From: a virus
Lineage: Duplodnaviria > Caudoviricetes
IMG/VR virus record: IMGVR_UViG_3300025868_000002
Coordinates: 8,812 to 72,811 of that record
DNA: 64,000 nucleotides
Reading direction: 5' to 3' (one strand)
In this document: piece by piece, positions 1 through 10,800 of the stretch
Layout: each line of letters begins with the position of its first letter
Numbering within the stretch: the first letter of the stretch is position 1
Notes under the pieces: generated by a model
What the model was told of the DNA's origin: nothing
The model's database searches: none
The model's input: only the letters and a program-made list of their open reading frames with translations
Position numbers and translations under genes: made by a program

Positions 1-56
1 GTGGACTGCAACATAGAATACCCAGATTTACTTTGGGACGCGAAAGGTAAAAAATA

Positions 57-824
57 ATGTTTTCTAATATAAGGAATTTTGTAAGAAATGCTTCATTTCT
101 TATAGTAATTATTGGTTTCATTTTTTATGGTACTCAATGTTATTATAAAAATAAACTATCAGATATAGCAGTGCAATTAAATAATGAAAAAGCAAAAACA
201 GAAAAAATAGAAACTAAATATAATGAAAAAATTGGTAAATATACAACTAAACTTGCCTATTTAGAATCAAATCTAAAGGAATCTGGGTATGTAACCGATA
301 AGCAAAAAAATACTATAAAAATATTAGAAAAAGAATTAAATGCAAAAATAAATGAAGTAAGTATATTGGGCATCCAAATTGATTCCTTGCAAAATTCAGG
401 ACAGGCACAAATTATTGTCACACAAAAGGATACCATAAGATATACCATAAGTGAAAAAAAGAATGGGGTAGGGTTATACTTAACATTGTGGCACCCACAA
501 GGTACCTATTCCTATACAATAAAGCATGACCCCCTGACTATGGAACTATATATGGCAAAAGATAAAAGTACAGGGTTTAAAGTTGGTTCCGTAATATTTC
601 CTAATAATGATAACATAAAAGTATCTCGTTGGGACATACTGTATGATCCGGATACAAGAGCTTGGTATCAGAAATTTCTGGACGATATAAAAGTAAAGGG
701 AGGTATTCTTTTAGGAGATTATAATGGTGTTTATATGTCGGTAGGTTACAAAAAGATTAGCCTTGGTCAAGCATTTATTGAATCAGGAAAATCTTATATA
801 CTAAGCTATGAAATAAAGGATTAA
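57..824 (+). CDS. Membrane-anchored coiled-coil protein with a beta-rich C-terminus; spanin-like candidate
   Basis: N-terminal TM helix (SFLIVIIGFIFYG), long heptad-rich segment, C-terminal amphipathic beta strands. The spanin role is inference only. Confidence 0.45.
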   Translation: MFSNIRNFVRNASFLIVIIGFIFYGTQCYYKNKLSDIAVQLNNEKAKTEKIETKYNEKIGKYTTKLAYLESNLKESGYVTDKQKNTIKILEKELNAKINEVSILGIQIDSLQNSGQAQIIVTQKDTIRYTISEKKNGVGLYLTLWHPQGTYSYTIKHDPLTMELYMAKDKSTGFKVGSVIFPNNDNIKVSRWDILYDPDTRAWYQKFLDDIKVKGGILLGDYNGVYMSVGYKKISLGQAFIESGKSYILSYEIKD

Positions 825-826
825 TA

Positions 827-1495
827 GTGATGAAAGTGTTAGGGAATGGTTATGTAGAATTGCTAGAAAGCATGGGTGATGACCTAGCTATAGTTAACGC
901 AGCGAGAAAATCATTTGATACAGAATCAAAGGAATTTAGTGATAAAGACAGAAAGCTTCTTAGATATATGTGGGATAACAAACATACCTCACCATTTGAA
1001 ATGGTCGAATTTAAATTTGCTGTTAAAGCCCCTTTGTTTGTCGTTCGGCAATGGCAAAGGCATAGAACATGGTCATATAATGAAGTAAGCAGGAGATACA
1101 CAAGCAATAATTTAGACTTTCATATACCGGCAGAGCTTAGATTCCAATCAAAAGAAAATAAACAAGCATCATCTTGTGAAACTTTAAGTAAAAACAAAAA
1201 TAATGATCTTAATAAGCTAATTAGAAAGCATATTAGAAATTCCATTACCATTTATAATAAAATGATTGATGAAGGTGTATGCAGGGAACAGGCGCGTATG
1301 GTATTGCCGCAGAATATGATGGTTGAAATGGTGGCAAAAGTTGACTTAAGTAACTTAATAAAATTTTTAAAGTTACGTAATCACCCACATGCACAGCTAG
1401 AAATACAGGAATATGCAAGAGAAATAGAAAACATTATAACACAAATAGTCCCCGAAACAATGAAATTGTATTATAAATCTAATGCAAAAAAATAA
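827..1495 (+). CDS. thyX: Flavin-dependent thymidylate synthase
   Basis: ThyX motif RHRTWSYNEVSRRY, plus HTSPFE, REQARMVLP and RNHPHAQLEI. Confidence 0.96.
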   Translation: MMKVLGNGYVELLESMGDDLAIVNAARKSFDTESKEFSDKDRKLLRYMWDNKHTSPFEMVEFKFAVKAPLFVVRQWQRHRTWSYNEVSRRYTSNNLDFHIPAELRFQSKENKQASSCETLSKNKNNDLNKLIRKHIRNSITIYNKMIDEGVCREQARMVLPQNMMVEMVAKVDLSNLIKFLKLRNHPHAQLEIQEYAREIENIITQIVPETMKLYYKSNAKK

Positions 1496-1580
1496 GTTTT
1501 GTAATATAAAATAAAAAAAAAATTTGGGCTTGTCTTTCGTGACGTGAAGATGCCGCACGCAAAAACACTAGGAGATTTTT

Positions 1581-2600
1581 ATGCCAAAGATAAATTATAC
1601 ATTCAACGATATGTTTATAAAACCTGCATATAGCGATATTAATTCTAGATCTGAGTGTAATTTAGATACAACATTTTGTGGAAGAACGTATTCTATACCG
1701 CTTGTCCCGGCAAATATGTCCTCTATTGCGGGATATGATATGCTCAAAAAGATGTCAAATATGGGTGGCATAGGGATAATGCATAGGTTTAATGATTACC
1801 TTTTTACTCTACATAACTTAGATGGGGATACAAGGTATGCCGCATCTATAGGTGTAAATAATGTTGACGAAGATATTAAAAATATTTTTGCTGTTTGTTC
1901 ACCTGAATTCATTACGATTGATGTTGCTCACGGACACCATATAAAAGTTGCAAAAGCCATAGAGACCATAAAAAATTATAACAGTGATATAAAAATATTG
2001 GCAGGAAACATTGCAACAGCCAAAGGTGCTTTTTTCTTGGCAAATGCCGGGGCTGACGCTGTGAAGGTCGGAGTTGGCTGTGGCAGCCTTTGCGAAACAC
2101 GAATTCGTACCGGGGTAGGCACACCTCAGTTATCCTCTATAGTTGAGGTCTACGAAGCTATCAAAGGCTCCAGATTTAGCAACGTTGATATTATGGCCGA
2201 CGGGGGTATGGAAACACCTGGCGATGCCGCAAAGGCCATAGCAGCCGGGGCTGATATGGTCATGTCTGGTAACTTTTTTGCTGGCACAAAGGAAACTCCA
2301 CTCCACCTAATGAAAAGTGGAGATTGGCTTAATCCCACACTTTACAAACAATATATGGGCTCTGCATCTTACGCTGGCAAGCACCAGAATGGGCAAGAAA
2401 CAACGAATATTGAAGGAAATTCAAAACTTATACCATATAAAGGTACTTGTGAAAGAATTGTTACCGAGGTTATGAATGGCATTCGGTCATCAATGTCCTA
2501 TGTTGGTGCTAGGACACTTGATGAATTTAGAAGAAATGTAGAGTTTATTGCAGTAACCCCAAATGGAACTAGAGAAGCAAAACCTTTTCTACTAGGCTAA
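1581..2600 (+). CDS. guaC: GMP reductase (IMPDH/GMPR barrel, no CBS domain)
   Basis: [24 protein letters not shown] (catalytic Cys), MADGG. YMGSAS...NIEG matches the Bacillus-type GuaC flap; the IMPDH Arg-Tyr dyad is absent. Confidence 0.82.
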   Translation: MPKINYTFNDMFIKPAYSDINSRSECNLDTTFCGRTYSIPLVPANMSSIAGYDMLKKMSNMGGIGIMHRFNDYLFTLHNLDGDTRYAASIGVNNVDEDIKNIFAVCSPEFITIDVAHGHHIKVAKAIETIKNYNSDIKILAGNIATAKGAFFLANAGADAVKVGVGCGSLCETRIRTGVGTPQLSSIVEVYEAIKGSRFSNVDIMADGGMETPGDAAKAIAAGADMVMSGNFFAGTKETPLHLMKSGDWLNPTLYKQYMGSASYAGKHQNGQETTNIEGNSKLIPYKGTCERIVTEVMNGIRSSMSYVGARTLDEFRRNVEFIAVTPNGTREAKPFLLG

Positions 2601-5600
2601 CTCCCTCCTATAATATAGTTTAACTTTGTAACCGGCCTCGGCGCTGGCCGCCATATAATGTGTATATTGCCCATCATTCTTTATGTCTAATATTCTTGTG
2701 TTTGAGGATGGATTTTCACCTTGGCGTATTGAAGGAACTGTATATATTTCAGGATCACTTAAAGAATTCCCAATAATATTGAACTTATAAAGAGAGCTTG
2801 AGCCATAATCAGAGAAATTAGTAGCGTCAAAAAAAGTAGGTAATGTTAACGCCGTAACAAGCCTATTATTAATTAAAGTAGGCCTACACATACCCATGCC
2901 CATATATTCATTTACCATATTAAACATATCACTGCCAATTCCTGGATAATATGGCCTATGTATCTCCCAGTTTTGGGGTTCTATAGCACCCCTATATTTT
3001 TCACCCCTATAACTATTATAATTACTGCCGCCTAAATTAGGTACCCTGTGAATAAATGAGCGTCGTACATCGGCAGCAGGTAAAAAAATCCTTTCTTTAA
3101 AAACTCTATCACTATAAATGCCAAAATTAATTAGTTCCACCCTATCACCACCATAATATAATAGCCCATATGTGCCATATGAAATAAATCGTTCACTATC
3201 CGGAATTGATTGTTGACAAATACTGTCACCTAATTTAGTATAAACAAAAATATTATTTCCAATCAGGAATACACCATTCATCGGTTTAAATCTTTCTGAA
3301 GCAAATACATCATGCCAGGGCTCGTTATCATACGAACCAAACCCCCCTATTAGGCCATCACCAAGTATTGATGGGTTACCAACAATAGCTCTTCTTATGT
3401 TATCAAAATCATGCACAATAAGAGCTCCTGTGGGCAATCCGTCATCAGTTAGTTCGTTACCAAATATGCTAGGCCCACAAGTATACACAAATAGATCCCT
3501 ATTAATATCAAATGTATCAACATGGTATCTTACCTGGTCGAAGGATGAACCAGCGTAAGCACGCACCTCATCAAAAAATGGGAGTAATGTTGTGCTATAT
3601 TTTAGGAGTAAATCACCGTCAAAAATATGAAACTTTCTAACTCTAGTAACCTTATTAATGGTTAAAACAGCAATTCTTAATTCATCATTTCTGCTATTAA
3701 ACATCCTCATATCCGCAATGGATTCGGAGGATGAAAGCGCATATTGTTTAATAACAAAACCAAAAGATGGTTTTGCCATGCACCGCAAATAATTATAAGC
3801 CCCGGTATATATATTTTCTTTACTTAAACATATATGAGTTTGCATAAATGCGTCTATTGTAGATGATACTTGTAATCCGCTAGTATAGCTATACGCATAG
3901 CTATCTTGTTTTGTGTCCCATCTCATAATCCCTAAAAAGTTATTCAGCCTTATTGGCACATAAATTATATTTTTATCATCAAGATCAATCTCAATATGTG
4001 TATTATAGTTGATAACATCTTGCCCGTAACCAGGATCTTCACCATATCCACTATAAAGATCATTAAATAGCAGCATAGGTCTACTTTTAAGAAAAGTAAT
4101 TTCGCCATATGGTACTTCTGTGTATGTTTTACCAAACCCAGTATTTTTAGTATATGTTGAATCAACTTGTGTGCCAATGTTTGTCTCCGCTAATTTAAGC
4201 GGATTTAAGGTTTTGCCCAAAACAATTGTGATATCTCGCACAATTGATGTGCCTACCTCTAACTCTCCATTAAAATTGAGCATCCACCCGGAAGTACCAG
4301 GGACATAATTATAGCTTTTTAGTGTGCCTAATCTCCTACCAGGATCATATAGAATGGAATCACCATGCTCCTGTAGCCACGGATCTGTAGTATTACCTGT
4401 TATAGTCATTGCCTGAAAATAGGTATTCCTCACAACTTGCGGATTTAGGTCATCATCCCCGTATGGGGTCAAATTCCAGGGATATACCCCGTGATTTGTA
4501 AACGGTAACCAATTACCCCAATTTACCTTATCATTAGAAAATCTAATACGATAAACCGGGGCGCCATCTGAGGTGCAATCAACAAAAACTTTATTTTGTT
4601 CTGTGTAAGTTAATAAGGGCTCTTCCTCTGTCGGGTTTTTAATATTATCCTGAGTTAGTGTAAAAGTATCAAGCATTATAGCCATTGTGCCGTCAGGGAT
4701 AGCAAAATCCATAAGGGCAAAAACATCTTTTTCTACATATTCTGATGTGATTGGGATAGAATCCTGTGTTCCATGAAGCTCAAGTAATTTTGGAAAATGT
4801 GCACTAATATGGAATTGTACCCTGTTATTGATATTATCATACCCAAAAGTATAAAAATTAGGATCACTAGAACCAAATAAGTAACCAAAAGTGTTAATAA
4901 GGTGTGATTTTAAAACATAATCACAAGTTAAATAAAACTGATCAATCTTAAATTTTAAATTATTTTGCATGCCGCCACTTACGGCACCCAATTTAACATT
5001 GGTTAATTTATTCCAACCAAGCCCCTCATGTGCGCCAACGGCACGCCGTGCATATACTGTTTCCAAAGAGGATTCTGGCTCTGTAATTTCATCGCCGTTT
5101 TCATTAATTATTACAATATAAGTTTTTTCCGTATTTGGATACGTGTATTTATCATAAGATATATGGACATAGTACCAATTAGTATCCACCGGGATGTGCC
5201 TGGTAAAAATTATATCCCCACCATCATCATTTCCGTATGGGTACGCACTTCCTTTAATTCTAATAATTAATTTGCCATACCCAGGGTAGTTAGCATCGAC
5301 ACCCTGGAATTGGCATGAAAATAAGTAATCGCCTTTAGCAAATCTATATTCAGAAGTTCCAGTGTGGCATGAGTTAAGATTAAGTATAAACCCTATGCTA
5401 AATCGTGAATCATGTTTTCCATCATTATATAGAAAATTATCTATTATGGAATCCGGATTACCGAGAACATTCCTGTATTCAGAGGATAACCCATTAATAT
5501 TATAAATTTTATAATCACCCTGGGTAAATTGTGTTATATTTAATCTTGATTGATAATCAGTATTTGGGTATGGCCACAAATCATTATCGGATTCTAATGA

Positions 5601-7859
5601 AATATTACTCAACGAGTTATTCCACAGGCAATCAACATGCATCATAGAATCTTCAGAAGAAACTAAGCCGCCAATTAGTGCACCACCGGACATAGTTTGG
5701 TCATGCCTAAAAGTATCATAAATTACACACTTAGATAACAAAGGCTTATATAAGTAGGTAAAATCATAGCCATTAGGGTCTTTATACAAAAGCTCAAGAT
5801 CAACATTAGTGGATGTGGCCACACTATCCGAATAAACTTCTAATGTTGGGGCACTTATTGGTTCTGTGCTTAAACTGACATAAAGCTGAAGCGGAGTTTG
5901 TGTCCCAATATAATTATCTGATAATTCCGCGCTTAAATTTCCAAAAACCTGAAATTTAAAATCAATTAAATCGGTATCTGGTGCTAAAGTTCTTCCAACA
6001 AATTCATCAGTATACGCAGAATATCTATAATTATTACTATAATTTCGTAATTTATACGTGTATGATTTACTTGGCGGTAATGCTTTCATACCTTGGGTAA
6101 CTATGCCAATACGCTGAATTCTTACCACGGAAGCTACATTCTTAGTATCCGTAAGTGAAAATGTAACTTTTATTTTCATACTATCAAAATTTGGATTAGC
6201 AGAAAAAGAAGAACTTACCCTATCCCAATCTCCCGCCGCGGCATACGAGAATGCAGAGCTATTAATTAATTCGGTCCCTGAATAAACTCCGCTATTATAA
6301 TAATAAATTCTTGCTGTAATATTCCCCTGCTGAATACCAGATTCTATTATATCAAGTGTATAATTTGATTCAGGCTCAATAGAAATATAATCTGTAGTTA
6401 AAGTAAGGCTGGAATTATTTGAGGCCTGCTGAACTAAAAACCTTGGTGAAGAGGCAAAAATACTTATTTGTGGATCGCTACCAACATATTTTGGACCAGT
6501 TTGTATTCTTCCCCAAACAGACGAATAATCTGCTAGCAAATTAGATATTTGTACTGATGAACATGTATAATCATACTTCTCATTTAAAGCATTAACGGTC
6601 ACATCTGCGATCAAACCACCAGAGTTAAATATTTGAACCCCAACACTAGTATCTGTAGTAAACTTACTTGCTACCCAAGGAAACCGAAATATCATTGATT
6701 GTGGAGAATACAAAAATGGAAAAGCATGTTTTAACCCTGATTCAACATAATAAGAAACATCCGAATAAAGCTCAACAGAATTAAATTGACTATAGTTTTT
6801 AATATCAGAAGCTGGTGTGATACTGTAATCCAATACATTATCTGCAAAATATGAATTATTTGTGATATTATTTAAATATATTGCGTGGCCATAACCTAAT
6901 GTTTCTTCTGTATCCCAAATTAATGTGTACAGCGTATCATTATAGGATACACTCCAATTACCTAATATATTAATGGAACCATTTGGTATTACGTTACCGT
7001 TGGTTTGTGATGAAATAATGTTGAAATTTGGGTTTGCATTTACATCCTGCAACCCGGGCTCAGCCGAATGCATATAGTAATCTGTTGGATACGGAACTTT
7101 TGCCAATAATGAAAATGTGGAATCAACAAATTCTGCGTCTTTAGAAAATATTTCAACTCCTCCGCCAGCAAGGGCTGCCTGTTGATTTTGTTGCCATGAC
7201 ACCTTAATTAATCCCGGTAAATTATTAGAAGCAAATACGTTTATTGGTTCCGGCAAAGTTGGTAAATATGACTTTAAAATATGCCTAAAAATATCACTTG
7301 TTAATGAAATTTGAATATCAGATTGATTTAAATTGGCGTAGCAAACTAAAGCAATAGTATATTCCTTATCCTTAGAAAATGTGTACTTCGTTGATGTTGT
7401 AGTAACTTCGCTAGAATTATTACCAGAAATATACTCATGCCAAAGTATTCTTATACCATTTATATATAAGGATGCCTTACATTTACCAGAAAAAGTTAGG
7501 GTAGCCCTAATATTATCAGAAGGTACTATAGTTACCTCATATTTACTAAATTTACTATAGGTAAAATTATGATCAATAAGGGAGTTTAAACTTGCCACTT
7601 CTCTGTGTATCACCGAATAAATATTAGAAACCAAAAGGGTATCAAATAATTCAATTGTTGGTGTCTCCAAGAAATCAGCAAATAATGATAAGCTATCCCA
7701 TATTATAATGGAATCATGTGGAGACACACCAAAACTACTGGGTATAGAATCTGTATAGTTTATTCCATTATTGACACTATCGGAAATTTCTATAGATTTT
7801 CTGTGTTTTGAGAGATCATTTATTTGCTCTATAATTTCTTGTCTCTGAGTTTTCTTCAT
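2592..7859 (-). CDS. Large multidomain tail-tip / receptor-binding protein (1755 aa)
   Basis: Last gene of the tail operon. It has PA14-like, FN3-like (PEPINVFASNNLPGLIKVSWQQ) and LamG-like segments, and the tail-tip motif NYVPGTSGWMLNFNGELE. Confidence 0.7.
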   Translation of the reverse strand: MKKTQRQEIIEQINDLSKHRKSIEISDSVNNGINYTDSIPSSFGVSPHDSIIIWDSLSLFADFLETPTIELFDTLLVSNIYSVIHREVASLNSLIDHNFTYSKFSKYEVTIVPSDNIRATLTFSGKCKASLYINGIRILWHEYISGNNSSEVTTTSTKYTFSKDKEYTIALVCYANLNQSDIQISLTSDIFRHILKSYLPTLPEPINVFASNNLPGLIKVSWQQNQQAALAGGGVEIFSKDAEFVDSTFSLLAKVPYPTDYYMHSAEPGLQDVNANPNFNIISSQTNGNVIPNGSINILGNWSVSYNDTLYTLIWDTEETLGYGHAIYLNNITNNSYFADNVLDYSITPASDIKNYSQFNSVELYSDVSYYVESGLKHAFPFLYSPQSMIFRFPWVASKFTTDTSVGVQIFNSGGLIADVTVNALNEKYDYTCSSVQISNLLADYSSVWGRIQTGPKYVGSDPQISIFASSPRFLVQQASNNSSLTLTTDYISIEPESNYTLDIIESGIQQGNITARIYYYNSGVYSGTELINSSAFSYAAAGDWDRVSSSFSANPNFDSMKIKVTFSLTDTKNVASVVRIQRIGIVTQGMKALPPSKSYTYKLRNYSNNYRYSAYTDEFVGRTLAPDTDLIDFKFQVFGNLSAELSDNYIGTQTPLQLYVSLSTEPISAPTLEVYSDSVATSTNVDLELLYKDPNGYDFTYLYKPLLSKCVIYDTFRHDQTMSGGALIGGLVSSEDSMMHVDCLWNNSLSNISLESDNDLWPYPNTDYQSRLNITQFTQGDYKIYNINGLSSEYRNVLGNPDSIIDNFLYNDGKHDSRFSIGFILNLNSCHTGTSEYRFAKGDYLFSCQFQGVDANYPGYGKLIIRIKGSAYPYGNDDGGDIIFTRHIPVDTNWYYVHISYDKYTYPNTEKTYIVIINENGDEITEPESSLETVYARRAVGAHEGLGWNKLTNVKLGAVSGGMQNNLKFKIDQFYLTCDYVLKSHLINTFGYLFGSSDPNFYTFGYDNINNRVQFHISAHFPKLLELHGTQDSIPITSEYVEKDVFALMDFAIPDGTMAIMLDTFTLTQDNIKNPTEEEPLLTYTEQNKVFVDCTSDGAPVYRIRFSNDKVNWGNWLPFTNHGVYPWNLTPYGDDDLNPQVVRNTYFQAMTITGNTTDPWLQEHGDSILYDPGRRLGTLKSYNYVPGTSGWMLNFNGELEVGTSIVRDITIVLGKTLNPLKLAETNIGTQVDSTYTKNTGFGKTYTEVPYGEITFLKSRPMLLFNDLYSGYGEDPGYGQDVINYNTHIEIDLDDKNIIYVPIRLNNFLGIMRWDTKQDSYAYSYTSGLQVSSTIDAFMQTHICLSKENIYTGAYNYLRCMAKPSFGFVIKQYALSSSESIADMRMFNSRNDELRIAVLTINKVTRVRKFHIFDGDLLLKYSTTLLPFFDEVRAYAGSSFDQVRYHVDTFDINRDLFVYTCGPSIFGNELTDDGLPTGALIVHDFDNIRRAIVGNPSILGDGLIGGFGSYDNEPWHDVFASERFKPMNGVFLIGNNIFVYTKLGDSICQQSIPDSERFISYGTYGLLYYGGDRVELINFGIYSDRVFKERIFLPAADVRRSFIHRVPNLGGSNYNSYRGEKYRGAIEPQNWEIHRPYYPGIGSDMFNMVNEYMGMGMCRPTLINNRLVTALTLPTFFDATNFSDYGSSSLYKFNIIGNSLSDPEIYTVPSIRQGENPSSNTRILDIKNDGQYTHYMAASAEAGYKVKLYYRRELA

Positions 7860-7868
7860 TTTTTGCCT

Positions 7869-10800
7869 TTAGAATTTTGTGTACTTAGCTTTTTCACAAT
7901 GGCCACATCGAACAAAAACCGGAGTTCTATTTAAATATGTTGTGCCACCAGCTCTTACAGAAGTGGGCATACTACCCTCATCATATAATAACACATCCCT
8001 ATGTAAATCATACAAATTACTACCAGCCATTGGTGTTTCGGTAAACCCGGCCTTATCTGCGCCTAAAAACCACAAAGGAAGCCCGTAACAGGTTACACTT
8101 TCGCTTAATGTTGAATCCCTTACCCCAGTATTCATTGTTTCCCAATATGCATACCCATTTGAGTTTTGTTTTTCTAAACCATTACCCCATATTAGAGCGC
8201 TAAACCCATACCTATCATAATTAACAAATAAATCCACATAATCCCTATCTTCAAGGAAGGAAGAAGAATTTGACCATGTTGGGGTTGCCGAAACTTCTGG
8301 GTATAACTTTCCATTTAAAGCAACACTTTCATGCAAGTAGTCACCAACAACATCAACCGTAGTATTAATAGATATTGTTGTGTCATAATTTATTAAAGCT
8401 GAACCACCAAAATTTTCCATTGATATGTTTGCTGGGTTTCTCTCTGAATAGCAAGCCAAAGGCAAAAATGGATTATATCTATTAACATATTTAAGCAAAA
8501 ATTTAGAATATGGATTATGTATTTCTATCTCATTATGTTTTCCAATTAAAATACCACCAGTATCTTCTTTTGCTGCCGAGAAATAAAGCCTACCAGCCCT
8601 ATCTCGTATTCTAAGTTCTAACCCAAGTACTAATGAATTATAGATTATTCTTGAATGTCTTGTAGTGCCATCATACGAACTCCAATAGTGGTTTGCACCA
8701 AACGAAAAATTTGTTATTCCATGGGTATACGTTGCATTGCGTATAACCCCTTTTGTGTCAGCATCTGCATACCCATTTGGGTAATATAAATAATTAAATC
8801 TTGGGATGTCCGTATCATAGACTTTAGGAGTAGTTTCGTAATAAGGGACAATCACTCCATAAGCATTTTTAAGGTTTTCAAAATTTATGCTGCCATTTTT
8901 ATTTAATATAGGTAAATTATCGGGGCTAGCAGCAAAAACTTTACCAACCCCAATACCGGGTATGCTGGAAGCTTTATTCAGGTATCTTTCTGATATTCCA
9001 GCTAATGCTGTAATATGTGGGTTATTTGAAAAATTACTTCTAAAAACAATAGAGGATTCAGTTGTCCTATCGGAAACAGCGGGGATGTAAGTCCATTCGC
9101 CTATTTTGACTTTTTGCTCCGCAATTACTAAATCTGTGGCATTGACTGGATCAAAAACTTTAGAATAAACTAAATTATAATATGTAGAAGATATCCAGGG
9201 GACATCTTCATGATTACCAGAACCAACAGTATAATCAGTGTCCCATACGTCACCAGAGGTGTGCACCCCAGAATTAACCTGATAAAAAGAATTTTCTTGC
9301 GTAGTAGTTATAGCAGCAATGTGAAAATAAAATTTATCTATAAAATACCTATTTTTAGATACAGTAGTTGTATCTTCGTATAATCTTACACCAACAGTTG
9401 TGTCTATAACAGGAAGGGCATACGTTTTTATTCCAGAACCAGCAGAATGTGACCCATCCCAGCCCCTAGGTGGCCGGGGGTCATATTCCATAACTGAATG
9501 TGTTCTATCACCATTTGCATAAGCGTCCGCAGAATACAAACTAGAATTCCTTAACGGGGTAAGTGTATCCCTATAAGGATCGGTATAATCAATTTTAGCG
9601 GTGTATTCGTCGGATGGCAGCGGCATATATTCTTCCGCAAAATCCCAAACTAACGGAACTCTTTCATCAAGCCAAAAGTGTGTTATATCAAAAGCAGTAT
9701 TATCATTTAAAGTATTATGGATTCCATTAACAATTGATGTTCCATTTTGAGTCCCGAATTGGTAAACAGTTGTCACATCTTCATAACCAGGGACAGTTGG
9801 CTCGAATTTTAATACTGGGTAAAGTGGAAAATAAAGTTTTTTATATGATCTATCAATATTCTCATAAGAAGCAATAGGGTCAACTTCATCCTCTGGTTTA
9901 GTGTTTTGTCCCCTAGCAAAAAATCCGTGACCGCGCGGTAACTTATACACTATAGAATAAGGAGTGTCATTGAATACTGTGTTTAAATCATATGCTTGGT
10001 GGACACCATCCCATTTTGCAAAATATAGCCCTGCCCTATCTTCAGTTTTTCCAACATAAGGCACGGATACAAGTTCATCATTATACGCTAACGTTTCTGT
10101 GCCATAAACAGGCACTCTATTACTATTTAAACTAGTTTGTGTGGTGTGTGTATCAAAAATCTCAAGTGCTTGTATCCCAGGCACTAAAAGAACCCAAGAG
10201 AATTCAATATATTTTCCCTGATCGCTATCCATAGGATTATATGCTACTTCTCCGGCTCTGTATGGAATTTTCATCTCTTCAAAGGCAACGGGACAATTAT
10301 TAAATACGGTAGCTAATTCTGCCGGAGTGGGATATCTTCTCTTTCTGAAAGACGGAGGAATATCTCGTGAATCCGCTGATATAGCTAAGCTAAATTCTGA
10401 ATTGGAGAAAGTTTCGGATAACCCATAAATATAAAATTTAAGCGAACGATCAACAGATTCTGTTTTTGTGTCATGCACACGAATACCCTGATAAAGATCA
10501 AGCCCAAGATCACATGGGATAGAAAAAGACGCTATAAATCCTGTTTTTCTAGTTCTTTCTAGTGTGTATAGTGCCAACCAATCTGCGCGGTCTTGCGTAA
10601 TAATAGTCGGATCTTGTATAATAAAATGCTTTCTTGACCCCACATAATATTTGTAACTACTGTCATAAATAGACCTAACATCTATTGCCCTTGATGTAAC
10701 ATATTTATTTTTTATTTCTTCAAGATTAGACGAATCTGGTGTATAAGAAAACCCTGCCGTGGAAGCACCTAATACCGTTATTTCATTTCTAATGTCCTTT

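Noticed and set aside
1-59. GGGACGCGAAAG resembling a c-di-GMP riboswitch core
   Set aside because: It reads as the 3' end of an upstream ORF (VDCNIEYPDLLWDAKGKK*), and the other riboswitch stems are absent.
1581-2600. IMP dehydrogenase (guaB) call
   Set aside because: No CBS domain or Arg-Tyr flap dyad; the YMGSAS...NIEG pattern fits a GuaC-type GMP reductase better.
2652-2669. dif-like sequence CATATAATGTGTATATTG
   Set aside because: It lies within tail-gene coding sequence and lacks a proper XerD arm.
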